Shown: positions 10,596-20,526, counted from the stretch's first letter. The stretch: 59,999 bases of DNA from a virus (IMGVR_UViG_3300027631_000020:1-59999); one strand, 5' to 3'. Made by a program: numbers and translations. Notes: generated by a model not told the origin, from the sequence alone.

Positions 10596-11714
10596 TTAAA
10601 TTACATTATATGGTGATTGGAAGGGTCTGTATTTCAGAGCCTTGTTAAGGTTTTCAGCCTCATTCCCTTTCCTTTCCATCATCTTGTCAGGACGAAGTCT
10701 TTCCAATCTCAACATTAATTCTTCAGTTAATTTAAGTTTCTCATCTTTACCTTCAGTTAATAACGAAGTGTAGTCTAATTTAATTTGACTGTCAGGAACT
10801 TGTAGGTCTCCTGAGAATTTACCCCATATCCTACCTAATCCTTCTTTAGAATATGCGATAAGGTATTTTCTAACCCAGTTTTGGGCTGGTTTATTTAACA
10901 TATCCCATGTTAATTCCTCAGTATCAACATCAGATGGAAGTTTAATTATGTCTTTATTTTTATCTAAACACGTGTCTCTATCCATAGTATCATAATACCA
11001 ATACCAAACTCTATTACGGTTATTTTGAATTGAACCGAAATCAAATCTACCACCGGGTACGTTAGATAAATGTACAATTTTAGTACTATTTGGACCTGCG
11101 GTAATTCTATATGTTAATTCTCCACCAATTAAACGGTTTTTTAAATTTCTATCTCCCATTCTCAATAAAAGGTCAAACGCTGGCATCATGAAATATGAAC
11201 CTGATGAACCTTGTTGTGCAAATCCACCCACACCACCAAAGGCAACACCACCAAGACCTCCGAATCCACCTAAAAATGGGTCAACGATTGAGTCAGTTAA
11301 TTCGGCTCTCGTGAACCATAAAAGTTCATTGATTTCTCTACCCGCTGGAATTACATATGTTTGAGTATTTGCACTTAATGTGATAAAATCCTTTTTAAGT
11401 TCAGAGTTTCCACCTGTTTGTAAACCAACAATTTTAGAATATGCATGTGAGAATTGTGTCTCATAGTCCAAACTTCTAGTTGTGAATGCACGAGTCAGTG
11501 ATTGGGTATCAACATCAACACCAATCAATGATGACCATTGTGACTCAATTAACCAATCATTAACGTATTGTTCATATTCAGAAAGTGATAACTCTAAAAA
11601 CGTATCCATTTGTTCTTCAGTAAGTTCAATACCTCTAACAGGTAAACCTAATAAATGGAATACTTGGGTGTATAACTTCTGTTTTTCAGGATTTGTAATA
11701 ATTGTAGCTGACAT
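10596..11714 (-). CDS. Neck/head-tail adaptor protein (T4 gp13-like)
   Basis: N-terminal LGLPVRGIELTEEQMD and C-terminal WVRKYLIAYSKEGLGRIWGKFSG..VP....LDY..L..EG pattern; TATTTATA on the minus strand at 11735-11728. Confidence 0.75.
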   Translation of the reverse strand: MSATIITNPEKQKLYTQVFHLLGLPVRGIELTEEQMDTFLELSLSEYEQYVNDWLIESQWSSLIGVDVDTQSLTRAFTTRSLDYETQFSHAYSKIVGLQTGGNSELKKDFITLSANTQTYVIPAGREINELLWFTRAELTDSIVDPFLGGFGGLGGVAFGGVGGFAQQGSSGSYFMMPAFDLLLRMGDRNLKNRLIGGELTYRITAGPNSTKIVHLSNVPGGRFDFGSIQNNRNRVWYWYYDTMDRDTCLDKNKDIIKLPSDVDTEELTWDMLNKPAQNWVRKYLIAYSKEGLGRIWGKFSGDLQVPDSQIKLDYTSLLTEGKDEKLKLTEELMLRLERLRPDKMMERKGNEAENLNKALKYRPFQSPYNVI

Positions 11715-11716
11715 AT

Positions 11717-11747
11717 TTTGTTTTCTTTATAAATATTCGTATATTTG
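11717..11747 (+). promoter_or_regulatory. Bacteroidota sigma70-type promoter TTTG-N19-TATATTTG, overlapping the divergent late motif of the neck gene
   Basis: TTTG at 11717-11720 and TATATTTG at 11740-11747 with a 19-nt spacer. Confidence 0.6.
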
Positions 11748-11766
11748 AGTTATTAATTGAAATGTT

Positions 11767-12960
11767 TTGAAAGTACGAAGTAATATTAAATATAAGGACG
11801 GTAAATTCGTTTACCTTTTAAAGAAAATATGTACCGGAAGTGGTCATTATAAAGAATCTAAGAAGTATTTGATTAATAATTGGGCAAATATCTATGTAAA
11901 ATATTATACCAAATTTAATCAATACGGTACTTGTGACCAAAACGGGATGACCGGTGTTTTGACACCTTTTGGAAGTTGGTCGAGGATTAATCAATTTAAT
12001 ACTCACCCAAGTTGTAATGAGTATATTTCACAATATCTGAACCAACAACTATCAAATGACTTTATTGCCAAAGGTATTGATGAGTTGGATGGAAGACAGA
12101 TAGATTTAATTAAATTTGATAAAACAAACACAACAGTAGAATACGCATTCAGTGAATTAGAGAAGTATTTCTTTTGGTTGAATTATTATGGGGATAAGAT
12201 ATTCAAAGACCAAAATAATTTAACTGACAATGATTTCTTATCGATATTAATCGACAAGGCGATAAGTACAATGAGTGCTGGTACATTTGCTGAGTTGTGT
12301 GTTGAATATTTGTTTAAGTCAAAACTAATAAAATATAATGTATACCGAAGTTCCACCATTAAGGGTAATAAAGACGATTTCAACGGTGTTGATTTATACA
12401 CCACTGAAAAAGATAATGAAAGTGCGGTAAAAAAATATCAAGTAAAATCCGTTAAAGTATATGGTGGGAACACAATTTACAATCCAATCAATACAAAGTT
12501 CTACAACCAAATGGGTATTGACTACTTAACAATAGCGGAAATGAACATTCATTATACCCCAAGTGAAATTACAGTAAATCCAACAAGGATGTTATTTTTT
12601 AAAATGGACCCAAATTTATTTACTGAACAAAAACATTTAAACAGTGGAGACACATATTCATTCGACCCAAAATCAATTATAATGGAAGAACCAATTAGCC
12701 AAATTTTTAAATCGAAGATTTTTTACGATTTCTTCATGTACTGTACTAAACATGGATTACAATTCTTAATGGATGTCGATGACACTACGTCAGCAACATA
12801 CGATGAAAATATGAAATCCGTGAGTCTAAAATTACCCACCGACGACAAAACGTATGATGACCAACCTATCATTGATGTGTGGAAGGAAATCATTAACAAA
12901 ATAGAAACGGGTACAAATAGAGAAAATTCACTTAAAGACTTAGAGAAGTTCCATAAGTAA
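11767..12960 (+). CDS. Putative PD-(D/E)xK-fold nuclease (397 aa, TTG start)
   Basis: GTFAELCV...DDFNGVDLY...YQVKS matches the G..E / D / QxK catalytic layout. Confidence 0.55.
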   Translation: MKVRSNIKYKDGKFVYLLKKICTGSGHYKESKKYLINNWANIYVKYYTKFNQYGTCDQNGMTGVLTPFGSWSRINQFNTHPSCNEYISQYLNQQLSNDFIAKGIDELDGRQIDLIKFDKTNTTVEYAFSELEKYFFWLNYYGDKIFKDQNNLTDNDFLSILIDKAISTMSAGTFAELCVEYLFKSKLIKYNVYRSSTIKGNKDDFNGVDLYTTEKDNESAVKKYQVKSVKVYGGNTIYNPINTKFYNQMGIDYLTIAEMNIHYTPSEITVNPTRMLFFKMDPNLFTEQKHLNSGDTYSFDPKSIIMEEPISQIFKSKIFYDFFMYCTKHGLQFLMDVDDTTSATYDENMKSVSLKLPTDDKTYDDQPIIDVWKEIINKIETGTNRENSLKDLEKFHK

Positions 12961-14691
12961 TGATTGCGCAAAACTCTCTGAGTATTCACCATCACCCATA
13001 ACTTGGTCGATAATACCTTTCTTCTTTTGTAAGATATTATATACAATTCTTTCAATAGTGTTCTCAAATACAGGATAGTAAACGAGGACACTATTTTTTT
13101 GCCCATATCTATACGCCCTATCTTCCGCTTGTGAGTGGTCAGCCGGGACAAATGATAAGTCATTCATAATAACAGTTTCCGCAGCAGTTAATGTGATACC
13201 CACACCACCGGCTTTAATGTTAGAAATGAATATTTTAATTTTATCATCATTTTGAAAACGGTCAACACTATCTTGTCTTTTTTCTTTTGACATTCTACCA
13301 TCAAGGGTAACAGAGTTCTTCTTATATTTCTCATGAATCATATCGAGACTCATTGTGAAGTTTGTAAAGACAATCACTTTTTTACCTTGTTCAATAAATT
13401 TATCAATCAATTCACAGGTATACGGAACTTTCTCATATGCGATGACCTGTCTGATTTTCATCAAACGATTAAGGGTAACAGTTATCGACTCTTTCTTTTG
13501 ATTGTCCTTAGAGATTCTCATAAAGTCTTCCAACTCTTCATCGTAGAATGTACTTTTTAAATCTAAGAAAACAGGTGTAATAATTTTTTCAGGTAAATCG
13601 AGGATATCCGTTTTCATTCTTCTAAGAACAATGTTTTTAGTCATGTCCCTCAATTCATCAAGATTACTTGCACCACTAGTGTTCCATATTTTTTTACCAC
13701 CAACATTAAATTGGTATCCAGCACAATATCTTCTAACAAAACTCTGCCAATTCAATGCGATTGGTGAATTAACTAATTTTAAAAGATTATAATAATTAAT
13801 TGGTCTCGATGTCATCGGGGTACCAGTTAATAACCAAACTTTAGGTATTTGTTTGGCAATATCGTTGATTAATTTTGTTCTCTGTGCCGTTGGGTTCGAA
13901 ACATAGTGTGCCTCATCGATTATAACGAGGTCAAATCCCTCTTTAACTATCAATTGGTATGAATCGTTGTCTTCTAACTTTTCGGTCGTGTGGTAGTTCT
14001 TAATGATGTCATAGTTGATAATATAAAAGTCAAACGTTGACCCCCACTTACGACCTTCAACAATTAATACCTTTTTATCGGAATAATTACCAATCTCACG
14101 TTCCCAATTGATTTTCAATGATGCAGGACAAATGATTAAAACTTTCTTTGCTTTCGCTTCTAAAGATGCTATGATTGCCGATGTTGTTTTACCCAGTCCC
14201 ATATCATCCGCCAAAATGTAATGGTTATTGGCTAATAGTTTTTCAATTGCAACTTTTTGGTGTTCCATCGGTGCCCTGTGTGAATAAGGACTATAATCAA
14301 CTTCTCTATTTAATTTCTTTTCTTCTTGAATGATTGATGATTTGGGTAACCACAACGAATAGTTTTTTTCGGTATCAACTACCTTACCCCAAATGTGGTA
14401 TGCCTTATCACTTTCACATAATAACTTTTCACACCATACCTTTTCAGGTACATATGTTAAATGTTTACTTTCCATTATCGTATTTGCAAAGTTCTTCGAA
14501 ATACTTAGGTATTTTTTAGCAACACGAGGTACCGTCTCATGATATTTTAAGACGTACTCTGCTTGAGGTCGAGTTAATTGAAAGTTTTTAATTCTTGAAA
14601 ACTTATCTTTCCAATCCAATAGTTGATTATTGAACCCTTCGTAACTTAATAATATATCCCTCGCCTCTATCTCGGGTATTTTATTCTGCAT
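12940..14691 (-). CDS. SNF2-family (HARP/SMARCAL1-like) helicase/translocase
   Basis: ILADDMGLGKT, DEAH, LLTGTP, GGVGITLT, QAEDRAYRYGQ; start moved to the ATG at 14691 (MQNKIPE) to avoid overlap with the divergent gene. Confidence 0.92.
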   Translation of the reverse strand: MQNKIPEIEARDILLSYEGFNNQLLDWKDKFSRIKNFQLTRPQAEYVLKYHETVPRVAKKYLSISKNFANTIMESKHLTYVPEKVWCEKLLCESDKAYHIWGKVVDTEKNYSLWLPKSSIIQEEKKLNREVDYSPYSHRAPMEHQKVAIEKLLANNHYILADDMGLGKTTSAIIASLEAKAKKVLIICPASLKINWEREIGNYSDKKVLIVEGRKWGSTFDFYIINYDIIKNYHTTEKLEDNDSYQLIVKEGFDLVIIDEAHYVSNPTAQRTKLINDIAKQIPKVWLLTGTPMTSRPINYYNLLKLVNSPIALNWQSFVRRYCAGYQFNVGGKKIWNTSGASNLDELRDMTKNIVLRRMKTDILDLPEKIITPVFLDLKSTFYDEELEDFMRISKDNQKKESITVTLNRLMKIRQVIAYEKVPYTCELIDKFIEQGKKVIVFTNFTMSLDMIHEKYKKNSVTLDGRMSKEKRQDSVDRFQNDDKIKIFISNIKAGGVGITLTAAETVIMNDLSFVPADHSQAEDRAYRYGQKNSVLVYYPVFENTIERIVYNILQKKKGIIDQVMGDGEYSESFAQSLLMELL

Positions 14692-14741
14692 ATAATCTAA
14701 ATATAAGAAAATAGAATGAATAATGGAACTATTTATTGTGT

Positions 14742-15254
14742 ATGAAACATAAGTTACCAATAACCAGACTCAGTAAATTTTTCTCGGAGACCGATTTTGA
14801 TTTGAATATTCAAATGGGTCAAGAGTATTTGCATGGTGATTTGAACATGAAATTAGTTATATTTCGTGTTGACAGACAAAGGACGGATACTGATGAAGTT
14901 TATGCGGAAGTTGGTAAAGACCAAATCAAATTTTTACCCCCCGTTGAATTCAATGCGTTGGTAAAAATTGAAGAACCTAAAAATACCACATATAAAGGTG
15001 GGTTGGGTAGATATTTGGAACCCGGTAATATGAATATTTCAGTTTTCATAAAACATTTAGAGGAACTTGATATAGATATTAGATATGGTGATTTTATAGG
15101 ATATCCTGAGTCTGAAGAAAGAATCAGATATTATACTGTAACTAATGATGGTAAAGTAACCTCAGACAATAAACATAATATGTTTGGTTTCAAACCATAT
15201 TATAGAACAATTCTATGTGTTCCGGCACAAGAATCAGAATTTCGTGGAATTTAA
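14742..15254 (+). CDS. Head-closure/neck protein (T4 gp14-like)
   Basis: D.VYAE...KF..PVE motif, location upstream of the tail terminator and sheath, TATTTAT at 14730-14736 just before the ATG. Confidence 0.55.
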   Translation: MKHKLPITRLSKFFSETDFDLNIQMGQEYLHGDLNMKLVIFRVDRQRTDTDEVYAEVGKDQIKFLPPVEFNALVKIEEPKNTTYKGGLGRYLEPGNMNISVFIKHLEELDIDIRYGDFIGYPESEERIRYYTVTNDGKVTSDNKHNMFGFKPYYRTILCVPAQESEFRGI

Positions 15255-15256
15255 AT

Positions 15257-16510
15257 ATGGGAGTACCTAAAAGAAAAAACGATATTAAAGTATACGGGGT
15301 CAAACAAAACGTTGACGGACCTGATGTTATTGGAAGAAGAAAAGAATTATTAGAAAGGATTACCAAATCCGATACTTTCCTTCCCGATTCAATCCTTCAC
15401 GAAGACCTTGACTTAGGTATGCTCGATTTTGTAAAGGAAAATTTTAAAATCATATCTGACGGTAACCAAATTCCAATCATTCCGAGAATTTTAACAATTC
15501 AAAGGTGGGGTGAGATGACCAATAATTGGACATTTGCCGATGAGGATGGTAATATGAAGTTACCATTTATGGCGGTTATTAGACGACCTGATGTTCAACC
15601 GGGTACAAATCCTGTTGTTCAAAGAACTATTCCCGATAGAAGAGACTTCTTTTATGCATCCGTTCCAACGTGGAATGGAACCCAAATGGGTGCCGATGTT
15701 TATAAAATACCACAACCAGTTGCAATTGATATAACTTTTGAAGTGACAATTGTTTGTACGAAAGTTAGGGACATTAATAAATTTAATAGGATTGTTTTAC
15801 AAAAATTCTCATCTCGTCAATCGTATACGAGTGTAAAAGGTCACTACATACCGATTATATTGGATAGGATTGAAGATAATACCCCGATGGATACTTTGGA
15901 TGGTAGAAGATTTTATATTCAAAATTACACCTTTACAATGTTAGGGTTTCTAATTGACGATGAAGAATTTGAAGTTAAACCCGCAATTAGTAGAATGTTC
16001 TTATTAAATGAATTCATTTCTAGTAACAATTACGCAAAGAAATATATTAATAAAACTATTGAGATAACAATCGCAACATTTACTGCTGATGGAATGCAAA
16101 CTGTCTTTAGTGTTGGTGAAAGTATTAATGTTTTATTTACAGTGGCGATTAATGGTCTTGTACAAGTTAGGGATATCGACTATTATCACATTGCAGGAAC
16201 ATCAAAAATAACATTTACATCCGCACCAGATGAGGGTGATGTTATTACAATTACTTATTTTAAAGGTAGAAATGATACTTTCATCGATACTTTCGGTAAA
16301 CCATTACAGGTTTCATATGAGAATTTTACATATGACGGTTCAACAATGGAGTTTACAACTTTAAGTCCAATAGATAGTGTTATCAGTTTTGATATTAACG
16401 GTCTTGTTGAAGATGAAGGTGTGGGTTTTGAGGTATCAGGTAACTACACAGTTAAACTACTCGAGTCTCCGGCTGTCGGGTCAAAAATTGGTGTTGTATA
16501 CCTAAGTTAA
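15257..16510 (+). CDS. Tail terminator/sheath stabiliser (T4 gp15-like) with two C-terminal beta-repeat domains
   Basis: LPFMAVIR...PQPVAIDITFEVTI...F.MLGFL; duplicated ~70-aa unit F..DG....F......INGLV...........AP..G..I...Y; directly upstream of the sheath. Confidence 0.6.
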   Translation: MGVPKRKNDIKVYGVKQNVDGPDVIGRRKELLERITKSDTFLPDSILHEDLDLGMLDFVKENFKIISDGNQIPIIPRILTIQRWGEMTNNWTFADEDGNMKLPFMAVIRRPDVQPGTNPVVQRTIPDRRDFFYASVPTWNGTQMGADVYKIPQPVAIDITFEVTIVCTKVRDINKFNRIVLQKFSSRQSYTSVKGHYIPIILDRIEDNTPMDTLDGRRFYIQNYTFTMLGFLIDDEEFEVKPAISRMFLLNEFISSNNYAKKYINKTIEITIATFTADGMQTVFSVGESINVLFTVAINGLVQVRDIDYYHIAGTSKITFTSAPDEGDVITITYFKGRNDTFIDTFGKPLQVSYENFTYDGSTMEFTTLSPIDSVISFDINGLVEDEGVGFEVSGNYTVKLLESPAVGSKIGVVYLS

Positions 16511-16665
16511 TCCCCGTAAATGTCCTTCTTTTTTATTTTACACGTCTCATCAATCCATTTTTGAACGACTTTGTAAATTTTTAATCCATTCTTATCGCAA
16601 TATTCCTTTAACATCTCGTGATGTTTCTCACTGATTTTGATGTTTTTTAATGATTCTTTTGTCAT
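16507..16665 (-). CDS. Small ribbon-helix-helix DNA-binding protein (52 aa)
   Basis: KNIKISEKHHEMLKEYCDKNGLKIYKVVQKWI fits the RHH beta-helix-G-helix pattern; ATG at 16665 preceded by TATTTAT. Confidence 0.65.
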   Translation of the reverse strand: MTKESLKNIKISEKHHEMLKEYCDKNGLKIYKVVQKWIDETCKIKKKDIYGD

Positions 16666-16743
16666 AAAGATAAATAATGATAAAAAAGGATTTTTTATTA
16701 TCCTTAAATGGAAAAGTCTCGAAATCTTTGCTAAAAACAAAGA

Positions 16744-16751
16744 TATTTATA
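16744..16751 (+). promoter_or_regulatory. Late-promoter-like motif TATTTATA (representative copy, upstream of the sheath)
   Basis: The same motif precedes about 13 mostly structural genes (see findings). Confidence 0.7.
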
Positions 16752-16788
16752 GAATAAGTAATAAATTAAATTAACCAAACTATTAAAA

Positions 16789-19623
16789 ATGGCAAATTCA
16801 AATAGAGTTTTTGTATCTCCAGGTGTTTATACATCGGAAAAAGATTTAACATTCGTCGCACAGAGTGTAGGTGTAACTACATTAGGTTTGGTAGGTGAAA
16901 CCTTAAAGGGGCCTGCTTTTGAACCTATCTTAGTAAAAGATTATGACGAATTTAAATTGTACTTTGGAGGTTCATCACCAGCAAAAGACGGGGCCGGTAA
17001 CCCAAAATATGAGTTACCTTATGTTGCTAAAGCATACCTTGAAGAATCAAATCAGTTATTCGTAACAAGAATCCTAGGATTAACAGGATATAAACCAGTG
17101 AAAACTTTCGCAATTAAAACCTTGGGTGGTTTTGTTGTTGGTTCCATTACAGGTAGTACCACAGGTGTTACTATGGACCCTACTCCATTAGCGACTTTTA
17201 CGGGAAGTACATTTTACGGTGAACTTTCAGGTAAAACCGCATACGATGGTACATCCATTACAGATTATATCTACACAGAATTTAGTGGTTTCACAGGTAA
17301 TACTGGAACATGGTTCGTTATCGGTGAGGCGGACGCAGCAGACGTTGCGGCTCAGGACCCAACTAAAGAAATGATTTCACCATTTACAGGTGACCTAAAC
17401 GCAGATTCAAATTGGAATAAAAATTGGTACAACACATTCAATGATGGGTCGGGAGTTGTTTACTCTTACCTATTTGTTTGGAATGGTACTACTAATTTAT
17501 TCACAGTAACAAGATATCAATATTCGGCAACAGTAACTAATGATAATAAAGTCGTAGTTGCATTCCGTTCTAGAGGTTCTTATTCGGGACAAACATTATT
17601 ACTTGAAGTTACAGGTAACACAAGTTTTAACATTTCAAGTTCTGAGTTGGCAACAAATCCTTTCGCAGAATTTACACTTAATGTAACGGGTTCTACGAGT
17701 GGTGCAAAAACATTCACTTGTTCTTTGGACTCTACATCATCTAAGTATGTAACTAAGGTGTTGGGTACGGATGTATTCGACAAACCTAAATCTGATATTC
17801 CGGTGTATGTTTACGAAACATATCCGAATTATTTGAAAAAGGCATATGAACAAGGATTAGTAAGAGGTTTAAGTTTAACTGAAGTATATGTTTCTGAAGG
17901 AACAAACTTTGTTAGAGAATGGGATACCCCAATGTCTCCAACAGTTGTATCTGAAGTACGAGGTGGTGAAGTTTCTGACCTATTCGAAGTTATTACAATT
18001 TCTGATGGAGATGCTGCAAACGCACAAATTAAAATGTCGGTTATCAATATAAACCTTGAAACAGGTGAATTTGATTTAATCGTTCGTGATTTTAATGATA
18101 CTGACGATAACTTAGTTGCTCTTGAGAAGTTCACAAGATGTTCAATGAACCCTGACCTTCCAGGTTATGTGGCTAAGAAAGTAGGTACTTCAGATGGAGA
18201 ATATGAGTTACGTTCAAAATATATTATGTTGAATATGTCTGAAAACCATCCGGTTGACGCATTCCCAGCAGGTTTTAAAGGATTCGTATCAAATACAAAT
18301 TTCTCAGGTTCAACCTTGGGTTCACTTATGTATAAAACAGAATACTATACTGCGGGTGACGTAACAGGATTTAACTTTGACGGTTCTGAAATTCAATCAG
18401 CGGGAGATAAAGTTAGAAAAGTAACTTTAGGTCTTTCAACTCAAGTTGGATTTGATAAAGATTTATTTAAATATAAAGGAGCATCAGCTGCGGGAGCAAC
18501 TAATGGTTTCCACTTATCTGTAAACGCATCTACTATCACAGGAACAACTTTTACAACTACTCCTTACGATTTAGAAGGTCAATCAGGTGTTGACAACTTA
18601 TTAGTTACATCAGCATACCGTAAATTCACATTTGCAGTTGGTGGTGGTTTCGATGGTTGGGATATCTATCGTCAAACTAAAACTCTTGGAGATGGATATA
18701 TCTTCGGTAAACCTACTTATGTAAGTGGTCACACAACTAATGGTGGTGTGTTCAGTACAACAGTTGGAAACTCTGATTACTACTCATACCTACAAGGTAT
18801 TAACACATTCGCAAACCCTGAAGCGGTAGACATTAACATCTTCGCAACTCCGGGGATTAACTTCTACGACCATAGTTCATTAACCACACAGGCGATTGAT
18901 ATTATGGAGAACGATAGAGCGGATTCACTTTATATCATTTCATCACCTAATTTCCAAACTGCAGAAGAAGTAATTGACGCATTGGACGGTGTCGCATTGG
19001 ATACTAACTATTCAGCAACCTATTGGCCATGGATTCAGGTTAGAGACCAAGATAATGCAACTCAACTATATATTCCACCAACAGGTGAAGTTGTTAGAAA
19101 TATTGCATTGACTGATAATGTGTCTTTCCCATGGTTCGCGGTAGCGGGTTACTCAAGAGGATTGGTAAAATCAATCAAAGCGGTTAAGAAATTAACCCTT
19201 GACGAAAGAGATGACCTATACAAAGCGAGAATTAACCCAATTGCAACCTTCTCAGATACTGGTACAATTATTTGGGGTAACAAAACCCTACAAGTTAGAG
19301 AATCTGCATTGGATAGAATTAACGTAAGAAGATTATTGTTAAGAGCAAGAAAACTTATTTCAGCAGTTGCAATAAGACTATTGTTTGAACAAAATGACGA
19401 ACAAGTTCGTAATGAATTCTTGAGATTAGTAAACCCAATTCTTGAATCAATTAAGAGAGAAAGAGGTTTATATGAGTTCCGTGTTACTGTTTCAAATGAC
19501 CCTGAGGACATTGATTCAAACACACTTAGAGGTAAAATCTATGTAAAACCAACTCGTTCACTTGAATTCATTGATGTTGAGTTCATAATAACCCCAACTG
19601 GAGCATCATTTGATAATATTTAA
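16789..19623 (+). CDS. Contractile tail sheath protein (gp18-like)
   Basis: SPGVYTSEKD N-terminus; YWPWI...PWFAVAGYSRG...INPI...IIWGNKTL...RINVRRL...FEQND...KPTRSLEFI C-terminal core. Confidence 0.97.
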   Translation: MANSNRVFVSPGVYTSEKDLTFVAQSVGVTTLGLVGETLKGPAFEPILVKDYDEFKLYFGGSSPAKDGAGNPKYELPYVAKAYLEESNQLFVTRILGLTGYKPVKTFAIKTLGGFVVGSITGSTTGVTMDPTPLATFTGSTFYGELSGKTAYDGTSITDYIYTEFSGFTGNTGTWFVIGEADAADVAAQDPTKEMISPFTGDLNADSNWNKNWYNTFNDGSGVVYSYLFVWNGTTNLFTVTRYQYSATVTNDNKVVVAFRSRGSYSGQTLLLEVTGNTSFNISSSELATNPFAEFTLNVTGSTSGAKTFTCSLDSTSSKYVTKVLGTDVFDKPKSDIPVYVYETYPNYLKKAYEQGLVRGLSLTEVYVSEGTNFVREWDTPMSPTVVSEVRGGEVSDLFEVITISDGDAANAQIKMSVININLETGEFDLIVRDFNDTDDNLVALEKFTRCSMNPDLPGYVAKKVGTSDGEYELRSKYIMLNMSENHPVDAFPAGFKGFVSNTNFSGSTLGSLMYKTEYYTAGDVTGFNFDGSEIQSAGDKVRKVTLGLSTQVGFDKDLFKYKGASAAGATNGFHLSVNASTITGTTFTTTPYDLEGQSGVDNLLVTSAYRKFTFAVGGGFDGWDIYRQTKTLGDGYIFGKPTYVSGHTTNGGVFSTTVGNSDYYSYLQGINTFANPEAVDINIFATPGINFYDHSSLTTQAIDIMENDRADSLYIISSPNFQTAEEVIDALDGVALDTNYSATYWPWIQVRDQDNATQLYIPPTGEVVRNIALTDNVSFPWFAVAGYSRGLVKSIKAVKKLTLDERDDLYKARINPIATFSDTGTIIWGNKTLQVRESALDRINVRRLLLRARKLISAVAIRLLFEQNDEQVRNEFLRLVNPILESIKRERGLYEFRVTVSNDPEDIDSNTLRGKIYVKPTRSLEFIDVEFIITPTGASFDNI

Positions 19624-19633
19624 TGAAAAAATA

Positions 19634-19660
19634 GTGGGAGAGGGAAACTTCTCCCATTTA
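19634..19660 (+). terminator. Hairpin after the sheath gene (GTGGGAGAGG-GAAA-CTTCTCCCAT)
   Basis: 10-bp stem with a GNRA loop and a short T tail. Confidence 0.65.
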
Positions 19661-19662
19661 TA

Positions 19663-19678
19663 TGTTTCACATGGAACT
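19663..19678. promoter_or_regulatory. parS-like palindrome TGTTTCACATGGAACT
   Basis: 13/16 match to the canonical parS TGTTTCACGTGAAACA. Confidence 0.5.
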
Positions 19679-19711
19679 AAAAAATATAAAAATAAAATTA
19701 TTATAAATTAC

Positions 19712-19804
19712 CCAGTATTATAGCTAGTATACTAGTTCTAGTATTATATTTCTAGATTTATTTATTTAATCTTTAAATCCAGTTCCAGTATTTATACTAG
19801 TATA
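19712..19804. repeat. Cluster of C(T/C)AGTAT-like repeats and palindromes in an AT-rich intergenic region (candidate origin)
   Basis: CCAGTAT at 19712 and 19785, CTAGTAT at 19724, 19738 and 19797; perfect palindromes CTAGTATACTAG (19724-19735) and TATACTAGTATA (19793-19804). Confidence 0.6.
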
Positions 19805-19928
19805 GGGAAAAAATACGAAAAAAAAATCAAATAAAAAAGTCCAACGGTGAAATTTTTTATTTTTTCAAGATAGGCATATTTATAAGTAAGAAGAATAACC
19901 AAAAAAAAATTAAAACAAAGACATAGAC

Positions 19929-20417
19929 ATGGCAGATTTATTAATGAAAATGCCGGTTCCTTACGAACCGAAAAGAGTTAACCGATTCATACTTAGATTC
20001 CCTTCTTCATTGGGTATCAACGAATGGTATGTATCATCAGCGGCTAGACCAAGTGCGAAAATCAATTCAGTTGCGATTCCATTTATAAACACTTCAACTT
20101 ATGTTGCAGGTAGATTCGAATGGAACGAATTAAGAGTGACGTTTAAAGACCCAATAGGTCCTTCAGCATCCCAAGCATTGATGGAGTGGTTCCGTCTACA
20201 CGCTGAGTCTGTTACAGGTCGTATGGGATACGCTGCTGGGTATAAGAAAGACATTGAATTGGAAATGTTAGACCCAACAGGTGTTGTTGTTGAAAAATGG
20301 ATTCTTCAAGGAACATTTTTAACTGACTTGAACTTTAACGAACTTGATTATTCAAGAGACGATATTGCAACTATCACAGCGTCTTTACGTATGGATAGAT
20401 GTATTCAAGTTTACTAA
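19929..20417 (+). CDS. Tail tube protein (gp19-like)
   Basis: YEPKRVNRF...YVAGRFEW...W.......TG.....YKKD..L..LDPTG..VEKW.L.G.F......LDY; follows the sheath. Confidence 0.92.
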   Translation: MADLLMKMPVPYEPKRVNRFILRFPSSLGINEWYVSSAARPSAKINSVAIPFINTSTYVAGRFEWNELRVTFKDPIGPSASQALMEWFRLHAESVTGRMGYAAGYKKDIELEMLDPTGVVVEKWILQGTFLTDLNFNELDYSRDDIATITASLRMDRCIQVY

Positions 20418-20449
20418 TAAAAATAAAAAATATAGAATCTGTCGATATG

Positions 20450-20483
20450 AAGGTCTCCTCAAAAGGGAGACCTTTACTTTTTA
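20450..20483 (+). terminator. Intrinsic terminator after the tail tube gene
   Basis: AAGGTCTCCT-CAAAA-GGGAGACCTT followed by TACTTTTT. Confidence 0.75.
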
Positions 20484-20526
20484 TAATAAGTTTCGTATTA
20501 TAGTATAGTTATAACAAAATACATAT

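Noticed and set aside
14692-14760. Longer start for the SNF2 helicase (similarly 15215 for the gp15-like gene and 16740 for the RHH gene)
   Set aside because: These extensions overlap neighbouring genes or promoters; downstream ATGs fit better.
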